Shown here piece after piece: positions 20,612-31,730 of a stretch of DNA of 47,299 bases. Position numbers and translations under genes: made by a program. Origin of the DNA: Malacoraja senta (taxonomy: Eukaryota); NCBI GenBank assembly GCA_038087875.1, contig CM075998.1, forward strand, positions 7,194,001-7,241,299, in the 5' to 3' direction. The notes beneath the pieces were generated by a model. The model searched no databases and was not told the DNA's origin. It worked only from the letters and a program-made list of their open reading frames with translations. Numbering within the stretch: position 1 is the stretch's first letter; the number at the start of each line of letters is the position of its first letter.

Positions 20612-23065
20612 TTAAACATACTCGCCATATCTGTCTGGTGGTCTGCTAACGCGTCCCGAGCGCGTGCGGACCCAACCCTCCCTTCCTTCTCTCGAAAGAT
20701 GGGACGGAGATCCAGGAGATGAGAATGGCGCGGGAGAGGTTTGTGGGGACCGAAAAGGAAGACATGCGGTAGGTGAGACCCCGTGGTTAGTGGAGACCGA
20801 GGGACGAGGAGGGGTGTGAGGCATGCGGGGACGGGTGGGAGACATCGCAGAAGGCGTCTGGAACTGGAGCGGCGGAGCATAGGGACCAGCAGGCGGTGGG
20901 CGGGGCTCCCTCACAGCAAGCAGGTGTTGTCGACTTCTCCGGTACACCGCTGCCTCACAGTCCACCATCTAGGATCGTGGCTCGTTAGTCGGGCTGACAA
21001 CAGTACCCAAACGGGAATGTCCAGTCGAAGTTCGTAGACGGACGACCTGGCCCGGCAGTAGAGGCTTGAGTGGTCTGCTGGAACTGTCGTATGATCGTTT
21101 CTGGATGCTCTGCCTCTCTTGGAGACGTTTCTGGATAGTGGCAGACTCCAACGCACGAGGAACCAGCAGCTGTTGTGCGGTGGGGACCGGAGACCTCGTC
21201 AATCTTGACAACAGACGCTGTGCCGGCGATCCCAGGGTACCGTCCCTGGCAATGTTTCTAAGATTCAGGAGATCGAGATAGACATCCGACTTGGAGATGC
21301 ACGCTCCCTCCAGCAAGTGCTTGGCGCTTCTGACAGCGCGTTCAGCGAGTCCATTACTCTGTGGATACTCGGGACTGCTTGTGACGTGCTGGAAGTTCCA
21401 TCGGTCTGCGAAAAGCTTGAACGAGTGGCTGGTGAACTGTGGACCGTTGTCGGTTCTCAGGCAAACAGGAGCGCCATAGGCTGAGAAGTGTCTCTTCAGC
21501 TTCTTGATGACCATCTCAGACGTGAGGGAGGTCAGTTCGTCAAGTTCAAACCAATTAGAAAATGAGTCGACCAGAACGGGATAATGCTTTCCGTACCATT
21601 CGAAAATATCTGCCGCCAGCGACGTCCAGGGCAGTGCTGGTGGTGGTTGTTGCAGAAGGGGCTGCCGCTGCTGATGAGGCGCAAGGTTGTTGCAAGTGGG
21701 GCAGGAGGCTATGCGGTCCCGGATGTACTCGGCCATCCCCGGCCAGTAGAACAGACCACGAGCGCGTACCAGAGTAGAATCAGCCCCTGGGTGACGACTG
21801 TGTGCTTCCTTGAAGTATGCATCTCGCAATGATGAGGGTATCACCACCTTGTGACCCTTAACCACAACACCATCCTGTACCACCAGTTCATCACGTACCA
21901 GGAAGTACGGCTGTACCTCTGTGGGCATGTCGGATCGTTTGTCTGGCCAGCCTGTTTTGATGATGGAGGAGAGGGTTTGAAGCGTAACGTCAGTGGCTGT
22001 GTGCGCGGCCAGGGCGCGCAATTGCTTACTGGGGACGTGGTAGACACCGAGGACCATCAAATCCTCCTGTTCATGGGGGTGTTGTTCGCAAGATGCACAA
22101 GGTGCACGGGAGAGAGTGTCAGCAACGTGCATGTCCTTACCCTTCTTGTAGGTAATGGCGAAGTCCTACCGCTGCAGCTGCAGCATCATGCGCTGCAAGC
22201 GAGCTGGCGCGGCATGGATGGGCTTGTTCAAGATTGTCACCAGCGGTTGATGGTCCGTCTCGACCGTGAATGTGTTGCCAAGGACGAAATCACGGAATTT
22301 GGTGCAGGCAAAAACGACAGCCAGCAGTACCTTTTCGATTTGCGCGTAGTGCTGCTCTGTGTCGGTCATGGTGCGAGAGGCATACGCGACAGGTAGTAGA
22401 GTGCCGTCAGCAGATGGTTGCAAGCAGGCTGCGCCGAGCCCAAATTTCGAGGCATCACATGTGATCGTCACAGGACGGTTCAGGTCGAAAAAAATCAGGG
22501 TCGGTGCACTGGTCAGTTTAGATTTTAGAACATCAAAGGCAGCCTGATGTTGCGGGAACCATGACCATGCAGTGTCCTTTTTGGTCAGCTGCCGCAGTGT
22601 GGAGCTTATCTCGCTGAGGTTTGGTATAAACTTTCCGAGATAGTTTACCATGCCCAGAAAACGTAGCAGGCCTTTTACATCTGTGGAGGCAGGCATCTCT
22701 GTGATGGCAGCAGCTTTCTTCGGATCGGGTTTAAGGCCATCAGGAGTAAAGATGTGGCCAACGTAGGAAACCGCTGGAACCCGGAACTTACACTTGCCAG
22801 GATTGAGCTTGAGGTTTATCTTGCGAGCGCGCTCCAAGATGAGCCTGAGATTGTGATCGTGTTCCGCTGCGTCTTTGCCATATACGAGGATTACATCGAC
22901 AATAATGGCACAAGGCAGGCCCTCGAATATATGCTCCATGGCTCTCTGGAAGACTTCACTTGCAGAGTTGATTCCAAACGGCATTCTCAGGAACTTATAT
23001 CTGCCGAATGGGGTGGCAAATGTAGTGAGGCTTGATGACTTCTCGTCCAGCGGTATCTGCCAGAT
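20612..23065 (-). pseudogene. Gypsy pol (RT lacking N-terminus, RNase H, integrase)
   Basis: WQIPLD, RMPFG, IIVDV (DD changed to DV), CDAS, YAQIEK, ETDH, H-H-CC zinc finger and D..D..E core (ADIF, RTDNG, GLAERAV). In-frame TAG stops at 22166-22168 and 20969-20971. Confidence 0.93.
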
Positions 23066-23594
23066 CATCAAGCGTCAAATCTGTCCCTCTCAGAAGCTCT
23101 GATCTGAGCTTTAAATCGCTCATGCCATTCACTAGTATGTCCCTCGTTAGCTGATCAGTTAGCTGATCAATAGGAATTAGTTCGAACCAACCACGTTGGG
23201 CTGAACAAATCAAATCAGAAATAAACGAGTCTGCCCGTTCGCCAGGGAGCTCACGACGAGAGAAGAACCTTGCCCTATCCAAAATGTGGTTTGAGGGCAT
23301 GTCACAGATCTGGCTCAGTTTACGTACCAGGACATTGGGGTCGTCAGGAGATTCTGCTGGGGTTATTACCTGACCGTTAGCATCGCGGACCGCTGGAGCA
23401 TCGCGGAATGTACTTGACCGACGAAGGGCAGCTGGACCCGCAAGGTCGAGCAGGAGAGAAGCCTTCACAGCATCTGGTTCATTTCGGTGTGTAATGTTCA
23501 TGTAGTGCTGGTAGTCGAGTTCAAACGTAGCCCAGCGTTCGCTGATACCCAAATCAAAGACAAGAGGGTCAGGCTTTCGACAAGAGGAAGCCAT
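23066..23594 (-). pseudogene. Gypsy gag N-terminal part
   Basis: MASSCRKPDPLVFD..W..F....RARFFSRRE.PGE..DSFI.DL..RDILV.G..D.KLRSELL. It stops abruptly at the deletion junction with pol. Confidence 0.8.
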
Positions 23595-23659
23595 CGTAAA
23601 ATAAGACAAAACTCCCAAAATGATAAAAAATAAAAACCGTTATACAGAAAACGAAGGTC

Positions 23660-23677
23660 ATTCCACTTCTGACGCCA
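23660..23677 (-). promoter_or_regulatory. Primer-binding site, tRNA-Leu type
   Basis: TGGCGTCAGAAGTGGAAT directly follows the 5' LTR, 2 mismatches from the complement of the tRNA-Leu(CAA) 3' end (ATCCCACTTCTGACACCA, recalled). Confidence 0.8.
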
Positions 23678-23900
23678 TGTAAACAAGAGCCAAAGTCATT
23701 GCATGGTTTAAACACGTCTTTAATGATCACTTAGCAGCACTAGGATAACTGGTCGTCAGTACACCCTGGAGCACCCTAGCTGCTCGAACCCAAGTGCCGG
23801 GGTGGGGCGTTAGTAAGAGTGTATTAGTATGGGTGTTGTGAAGGGGTGGAGTTAGTGGTGCTGGCTTGTGTGTGTTTGGTTCACATGCACTCAATCTACA
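23678..23900 (-). repeat. Gypsy 5' LTR (223 bp)
   Basis: Paired with 20353-20563; has an extra 10 bp (caccctggag) and an extra 2 bp. Confidence 0.95.
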
Positions 23901-25716
23901 CTATGTTTCTATGAAAAGGCCCAAGCTGCATGTTTGGAAAAATGCCAGAAGGAAAGACAAAAGTTATGGATGCAGATTAATAAGTTCATCGAAATCCAGG
24001 AGGAACTTTTGAAGAGAATACAAAAGAAGTAAAATCTAATCAGGTTCGATTAGTCAACCTTCGCCTTCAGGTTGGACAAAACCACGGCTTAATACTGGGT
24101 TTGCCACTGTCAAAGGAGAAAAGCCAAAGGTAAAATTCGGTTGAAAGGAAAGAGTAATATTTGGAAAGAGCCATGGTTTTCAAGGGAAATTGGACACTTG
24201 GTTCAGAAAAAGAGAGAGATCTACAATAATTATAGGCAGCATGGAGTAAATGAGGTGCTTGAGGAGTATAAAGAATGTAAAAAGAATCTTAAGAAATAAA
24301 TTAGAAAAGCTAAAATAAGATATGAGGTTGCTTTGGCAAGTAAGGTGAAAGTAAATCCAAAGGGTTTCTACAGCTATATTAATAGCAAAAGGATAACGAG
24401 GGATAAAATTGGTCCATTAGAGAGTCAGAGTGGACAGCTATCTGCAGAGCCAAAAGAGATGGGGGTGATATTGAACAATTTCTTTTCTTTGGTATTCACC
24501 AAGGAGAAGGAAATTGAATTATGTGAGGTAAGGGAAACAAGTAGAGTAGCTATGGAAACTATGAGGATCAAAGAAGAGGAAGTACTGACACTTTTGAAAA
24601 ATATAAAAGTGGATAAGTCTCCAGGGCCTGACAGGATATTCCCTAGGACATTGAGGGGAGTTAGTGTAGAAATAGCTGGGGCTATGACAGAAATATTTCA
24701 AATGTCATTAGAAACGGGAATGGTGCCGGAGGATTGGCGTACTGCGCATGTTGTTCCATTGTTTAAAAAGGGTTCTAAGAGTAAACCTAGCAATTATAGA
24801 CCTGTTAGTTTCACGTCAGTGGTGGGCAAATTAATGGAAAGGATACTTAGAGGTAATATATATAATAATCTGGATAAACAGGGTCTGATTAGGAACAGTC
24901 AACGTGGATTTGTGCCTGGAAGGTCATGTTTGACTAATCTTCTAGAATTTTTTGAAGAGGTTACTAGGGAAATTGATGAGGGTAAAATGGTGGATGTTGT
25001 CTATATGGACTTCAGTAAGGCCGTTGACAAGGTTCCTCATGGAAGGTTGGTTAAGAAGGTTCAATTGTTGGGTATTAATGGTGGAGTAGCAAGATGGATT
25101 CAACAGTGGGTGAATGGGAGAGACCAGAGAGTAATGGTGGATGGCTGTTTGTCAGGTTGGAGGCCGGTGACTAGTGGGGTGCCTCAGGGATCTGTGTTGG
25201 GTCCACTGTTGTTTGTCATATACATCAATGAGCTGGATGATGGTGTGGTAAATTGGATTAGTAAGTATGCAGATGATACTAAGATAGGTGGTGTTGTGGA
25301 TAATGAAGTAGATTTTCAAAGTCTACAGAGAGATTTAGGTCATTTGGAAGAGTGGGCTGAAAGATGGCAGATGGAGTTTTTTTTTTAATTTTTTTTTTAA
25401 ATATTTTTTTATTGGAGATATGTACACAGCCTAGTTACATCATTACAGTCTTACATTTTTAAATTGATAATATTGTCAATTATTATTACATTGTCTCCAA
25501 TACCTTTTGCCTTTTTTTTAAAAACTAAATAGAACTAAAGAGAAAGATGAAGTAAAGAAAGAAAAGAAAGAGAAGAAAAAAAAAAGAAAAAAAAAAAAAA
25601 AAAAAAAAAAAGATAGTTAAAGAAGAATGGAAAAATTTATTAAAATAGAAAACTTCATTCGAGATATATTCGTACATTTCTAAATGTAGCATTTCATCCA
25701 TTCTTTAGCCCGGGTG

Positions 25717-28700
25717 CTAGTCAGGTTCCTGTGCTGAACTGTTCTGACCCTTTAAGTAATCAATAAAAGGAGACCATGTTCCAACGAATAATTCCTGTTT
25801 GTCCAACAGGGAGAATCTGATTCTTTCCACGTTTAAGGTCTCCGTCATTTCTATAATCCACATTTTGATTGTGGGGGTCGTAGGGCCTTTCCAAAATTTT
25901 AGAATTAATTTTTTTCCTGTTATTAAACTATAATCAATAAAGTTTCTTTGTGTTGTTCGAAATGTTTGATTTAATTCTAATATTCCAAGTATTATTAATT
26001 TTGGATCTGGGTCCAATTGTGTGCTGGTTACTTTAGATATTATACTGAAAATATTTACCCAGAATTTTTTAATTTTTATACAGTTTGCAAACATATGAGA
26101 TAAGGTAGCTTCTAAATGTTGACATTTATCACATATAGGTGAGATATGTTGAAAATTTTTATGTAGTTTTGTTTTTGAATAATGTAACCTATGTATTACT
26201 TTAAATTGTATTAGAGAATGTCTGGCGTTTAATGAACACTGATGTATGTGTTGCAAACTTTCTTCCCAAGTATCTTTCGTTATTATTTGATTTAATTCTT
26301 TTTCCCATGTTTGTCTGTGTAAGTCCGTCGATGGAATGTCACTGTCTAATAAGATATTATATATATAAGATATTAATTTTTCTGTATTAGGATGTTTGTT
26401 CCAACATTCATCAAGAATTTCTGAATTTCTAATTCGAAAATTTTGAGTATTCGATTTTACATAATCTCTAAGTTGAAGATATCTGAAATAATCATTTCCT
26501 CGAAGTCCATAAGTCTGTTGCAACTCCTGAAATGTCAGAAAAGTGCCTTCCTTGTAAAGTTGTCCCATATTTTTAATTCCATAATTCTTCCATTGTGTAA
26601 AACCCCCGTCCAACCATGAAGGCTTAAACAAAGGGTTATTCACAATTGGAAAAAGTGATAAATTATCTAATTTTAATGTCTTTTTTAATTGTTTCCAAAT
26701 TCGTATAGCACTAAATATTATAGGGTTTTCCCTATAATTTTTTTTGTTTAATTTAGACGTAGCAAATAATATCGAGCCGATATCAAAAGGTAAACAATCT
26801 TCCTTTTCCATTTTTAACCAGTCTGGTTGATGATCTATTTCTTCCAACCAGAAATTCATATTTTTAATATTAACTGCCCAGAAATAAAACAAAAAGTTGG
26901 GTAAAACCAAGCCTCCATTTATTTTTGATTTACACAAATGTCTTTTGTTTATCCTATGATTCTTATAATCCCAGATAAAATCATTAACAATAGAGTCCAG
27001 TTTTTTTTTTAAGTTTTTTGCCAGATATATCGGAATTGTCTGAAAAAGGTATAATATTTGCGGTAAAAAAATCATTTTTATGGCATTAATTTTGCCAACC
27101 ATTGAGATAGGAAGTGTTTTCCAGTATTGAATATTCTTATGTAGTTTATTCAGTAATGGTGGAAAATTTGCTTTAAATAATGATGTATTTATCTTAGTTA
27201 CATAAATACCTAGGTATTTAAATTTTTCCCTTTACTATTTTAAATGGAAATTGTTGTATTATCTGTTTGTTATCCCTTATTGGCATAATTTCACTTTTAT
27301 TCCAATTTATTCTGTATCCTGAAAGTGAACCAAATTGGGTTATTAGCTTTAATAAGTTTGGAATACTAATTTCTGGTTTTGTAATGTAAATTAATACATC
27401 ATCTGCGTATAGAGAAATTTTATTCACTGTGTCCTTTGTGTTATATCCGTGTATTTCCGGATGCCCCCTGACTCTTTCTGCAAGTGGCTCAATAGCAAGC
27501 GCAAATAATAATGGAGATAACGGGCATCCTTGTCTACAACCTCTAGATAGGCTAAATTTAGATGACAACCTTTGGTTTGTAAATATTCTAGCCGTGGGAT
27601 TTGTATATAACAGTTTTATCCATGTACAGAATTTCTCCCCTAGCTGCATATTTTCCATCACCAAAAATAAATAAGACCATTCGACCTGATCAAATGCTTT
27701 TTCAGCGTCAAGTGAGATTATTGCTAGATCTTCATTAATAATTCTCTTGGAATATATAATATTAAATAATCTTCTTAGATTATAATATGAGTACCGTTTC
27801 TGAATAAAGCCTGTTTGGTCAGGGTGTATTAATTTATTCATCACTGTACTTAATCTATGCGCTAGCATTTTAGTTAATATTTTCTGATCTGTATTTAAAA
27901 GTGCAATTGCTCTATATGATCCCGGGTCTTCCGGATCTTTATCAGCTTTAGGAATAAGTGTTATTATAGATTCATTTAAAGTGTCTGGAAGTTTCTGTTG
28001 AGTATAGATATACTCATACAGTCTTTGTAAACGTGGGCAAAGCAAATCATAAATGTTTTTATAAAATTCGGAGCCTAAACCATCTGGTCCTACTGCTTTA
28101 CCATTTTTTAAAGAGCCAATAGACTCCTCAATATCTTTTATGGTAATCTCCCTTTCTAATAATTCTCTATCGTTTGAATCTAAACCTTTTAAATTACATT
28201 TTAGTAAAAAATCTGCTATTCCTTCTGATTGTCCTACGGTTTTAGTTGAATAAAGGTTATGATAGTATTGGAGAAATCTATCATTTATGTCCTTGGGCAT
28301 TTTTAATAATTCTCCTGTCTCTGTTCTAATTTTATGAATTACTTTTTCCCCTTCCATTTTTCGTAACTGACGTGCTAATAGTTTTTGTGGTTTGTCTCCA
28401 AATTCAAAATGTAATTGTTTGGTTTTTTGATAAAGTTTTATTACTTGTTCTGAATACATTTTATTTAATTTATATTTCAATACAGCAATTTTATTATGTT
28501 TTAAAATAGATGGCATTCTCGCATTTTCTATATCTAGTTGCTTGATTTCACTTTCCAATGTTTGTTGCTTAATCCTGTTCTCTTTATTATAAAATGCTTG
28601 AGCGGAATTTAATGTACCTCGAACAAACGCTTTAAACGTTTCCCACATAAGAGAAGTAGGTGTGTTAGGGTTGTCATTTACCTCAAAAAATATTTGAATC

Positions 28701-29527
28701 TGTTTAATAATATATTCCTGGCATGATCTTTCGTTCAAAATTTGTGGGTTGAATCTCCAATATGTTTGTTTCTCAGACATTCCATTTAATTTAATCATGA
28801 ATGTTACAGGTGCGTGATCTGAGATTATAATGTTATGATATTTTGAATTATAAATAAATGGAATAAACATAGAGTCAACTAAAAAATAATCTATTCTTGA
28901 GTATGTTTTATGTACTGGTGAGTAAAATGAATATTCCCGTCCAGTTGGGTTTTCTATTCTCCAGACATCCTTAATATTAGTGGTATTAATAAATGAATTT
29001 AGAAATACACTTGATTGAGATTTTACTTTTTTTTGCCTTGATGATCTATCTAAGTATGAATCTAATGTACAATTGAAGTCTCCTCCAATTATTAATTTAT
29101 ATTGTGTAAATTCAGGAATTTTATTAAATGTTTTATTAAAAAACATGGGGTTATCAAAGTTAGGCCCATATACATTAAGAAGAATCACTTTTTCTCCATT
29201 TAACTCTCCAACTAATATAATATATCTACCATCAATATCCACTATTGTTGAAGAGGTCGTAAAAGGTATTCCTTTACGAATTAATATTGCAACTCCTCTG
29301 GACTTATGGGAAAAAGAGGAATGATATGATTCAGCGATCCACTTAGCTTTAAGTCTATGTTGAGATTCCTTTTTAAGGTGTGTTTCTTGGAGAAATATTA
29401 TATCTGTTTTGATTAAGTTTAGATGTGCCAATACTTTACCTCTCTTAATTGGTTCATTGATTCCCTTGACCTTCCAACTACAAAATGTTATTCCCTGACC
29501 CCCTCTTGTCATATTAACATCTTGCAT
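25717..29527 (-). pseudogene. L1 ORF2 (APE endonuclease, RT, Cys-rich domain); single +1 frameshift near 27225
   Basis: LQETH, NVYGPN, GGDFN, SRIDY, SDH; LDAEKAFD, RQGCPLSPLLF, LYADD; C-X2-C-X8-H-X4-C. Removing one base restores ..KFKYLGIY.. and a 1269-aa ORF. Confidence 0.93.
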
Positions 29528-30535
29528 ATTGTTTCTAAGGTGGTCTATAGCCGAGCAGAAGGTACAACACATAAAACCTGACCCTGCTACCGAACTTCAG
29601 ATAGATGAATTTAAAATCATATACATCGCTCTTCCGAACACATCTCCTTGTATTAGACTTGTTTTTCCATTCAAACATTAAGTTATAAAAATATTTAAAG
29701 TGAAAAAAGTGATAGAATTGATTAGTAAAGGGTGAAAGAAAAAGAACTACATCTACAATTAGTGTAGTTAGTGATAGCCACACTAACGTGGCTAGAATTC
29801 TAAAGACTTCTGTAGCCTTTGTAAGAAAAAAAAATTCCCAGCTCCGTGCCCGAAGAAAAAGAAAGATTATTTCTAACATTCAAATAACTTCTTTGGGAGT
29901 AGCAAACTTATATACATACCCATACATACACACACACAATATACATACATATATATATGTATATATACCCATGTGCATACATACATAACCACGTATCCCT
30001 GCAGAAAAGTTCAAGAATAGCAAAAATTCACAACGTTATTATTCTCTACATATCATATTAATTTCTTCGCTAAATCTATAATTTTAATTTTAAATTGAAA
30101 AATAAAGAGGAAAACGGTCAAGTTTTATTATGACGTAGGCTAATTTACCTCTTGCATATCCTCTTATATAATATAAGTATGTAATTCATTTCTACGTTAA
30201 TCAAAGACTATTAATTATTAATCATTGTTATCAATCATATACAGTATTAAATTTTTATGAGAAATGTTAATGTTAATAATTTTAGTGGTAATATGGATAT
30301 TTAATAAGTATTAGTTGTTACATATATAGTTAGATATGAATATACAGATAATAATAATGATTAGTAAAAAAAAAAAGTAAAAAAAAAAAAAATATACAAA
30401 GATCACGGTTTTCTCCAATGTCCTCCGTCCATTTCGGTTTTCGAATGTCCTTAAAGCTCTTAAAAGAACTTTAAAGGTCCTTTTAGATCTGGCGGTCCTA
30501 TTAGTCCTTGACTCCTAAGGAGTAAAGTAAATTCT

Positions 30536-31579
30536 TCAGTCTACGGTCGTGTTCCCGATTTCTTTGGCGTATTCCAGTGCTTTTTCATGGTCTGTAAAAA
30601 ATTGCTCCTTGGACTTGTAGGTGACTCTTAGTCTTGCGGGATAAAGCAGGCCGTATCTCAAACCAGGTACATTCTTCAGTATTCTTTTTGTCTCAGTGAA
30701 CAGCGCTCTTTTCTTGAAGACTTCTGCCGGATAATCTCGGTAAATACTGAATCTCACACCTTCAAAAAGGAGCTGTCCGCCTCGAACAATTTTCTTCATT
30801 ATATCGTCAAATTCATGATCCAGTTGCACCTTTACGATGATTTGTCTTGGATGGGCATCATCTTGTGTACGACGTCGCTGCGCTCTATGAGCTCGACCGA
30901 GTGAAGGTTTGTGATCCAATTTTAAGGCTTTTTGTAATAGGTCTGCCACAAAGTCCCGAGAGCCCATTTCCTTCTCACTTCCTTCTTTCACCCCTACAAT
31001 TCTTAGGTTCTTACGTCTTTGACGTCCCTCCAAATCGGTACATTTATCACTTAATTTGATCACCATATCGGAGAGGCGTTGGTTTTCAGTAAGGAGTCGA
31101 CTTACAGTTTCCGCACTTGTCGCCGCCCATTTCTCAAGTTCGGTTATCGCTGTTCTATGTTGATCAAGTTCGTGATGAATGGGGGCCACATCCATATTGA
31201 CGTTCGCTTCCACCGAAACGAGCCTGGTTTCCAGCGCTTCCATCTGATCCTTGATTTCTTCCTCCGTCGTCCTTTTCCAGATTTCCAGTATTTGTTGAAC
31301 GGTAGAAAGCATTTCTGCTTTAAAATCTACCTTAAAAGAGTAAAGATCCTCTTTAAATTTCTCTCCAAAATTCTCTCCAAAGGTTTTCAATTCGGCAACG
31401 AGAAAAGTTTTAAGATCCTCCATTTCAGACTTTTTCTGTTTTGTTTTCTTCGGAGGATCTTCCTGGGGCGTCGTTGTAACTGAGGCCGAGGCCTCTGTAG
31501 GGCCTTCCTCTTCCGTCTGCAGTTTCCCTTTAACGGCTTTTTTTTGTGTCACACGGGTGGGGGTACGTTGTAACGACAT
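30536..31579 (-). CDS. L1 ORF1p (coiled coil, RRM, CTD), 347 aa, intact
   Basis: First ATG at 31579; LEGRQRRKNLRIVG, RAHR, PRQIIVK, IYRDY, YGLLYPARL. Confidence 0.92.
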   Translation of the reverse strand: MSLQRTPTRVTQKKAVKGKLQTEEEGPTEASASVTTTPQEDPPKKTKQKKSEMEDLKTFLVAELKTFGENFGEKFKEDLYSFKVDFKAEMLSTVQQILEIWKRTTEEEIKDQMEALETRLVSVEANVNMDVAPIHHELDQHRTAITELEKWAATSAETVSRLLTENQRLSDMVIKLSDKCTDLEGRQRRKNLRIVGVKEGSEKEMGSRDFVADLLQKALKLDHKPSLGRAHRAQRRRTQDDAHPRQIIVKVQLDHEFDDIMKKIVRGGQLLFEGVRFSIYRDYPAEVFKKRALFTETKRILKNVPGLRYGLLYPARLRVTYKSKEQFFTDHEKALEYAKEIGNTTVD

Positions 31580-31730
31580 ACCGTAAAGTAGCGCGCCTGA
31601 TGACGTCACGCAGGCAGCCGTTCAGATCGCGATCGCTGCAGGTAAGACCCGATTTTCTCCCGTTTTTAGTTTCTTCGGCACGGAGCTAGTTGGCGCTGGA
31701 CTCAAGCCTCCATAGCGCCACCGGAAGTCT
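31580..31730 (-). promoter_or_regulatory. L1 5' UTR / internal promoter
   Basis: CpG-rich; starts AGACTTCCGGTGGCGC (ETS-type CCGGAAGT); perfect CRE palindrome TGACGTCA at 31601-31608. Confidence 0.6.

Larger units (their letters stand above)
20353..23900 (-). mobile_element. Ty3/Gypsy LTR retrotransposon, internally deleted, 3548 bp, 5-bp TSD CTATG
   Basis: TG..CA LTRs at 20353-20563 and 23678-23900, TSD at 20348-20352 / 23901-23905, PBS and PPT present, gag-RT-RNaseH-integrase order. Confidence 0.95.
25380..31730 (-). mobile_element. Full-length L1-clade LINE (about 6.35 kb) with a 16-bp TSD
   Basis: ATGGCAGATGGAGTTT at 25364-25379 and 31731-31746. Poly(A) tail and AATAAA at the left end. 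The pre-insertion site is TTT/AA. Order is 5' UTR, ORF1, about 1-kb spacer, ORF2. Confidence 0.97.
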
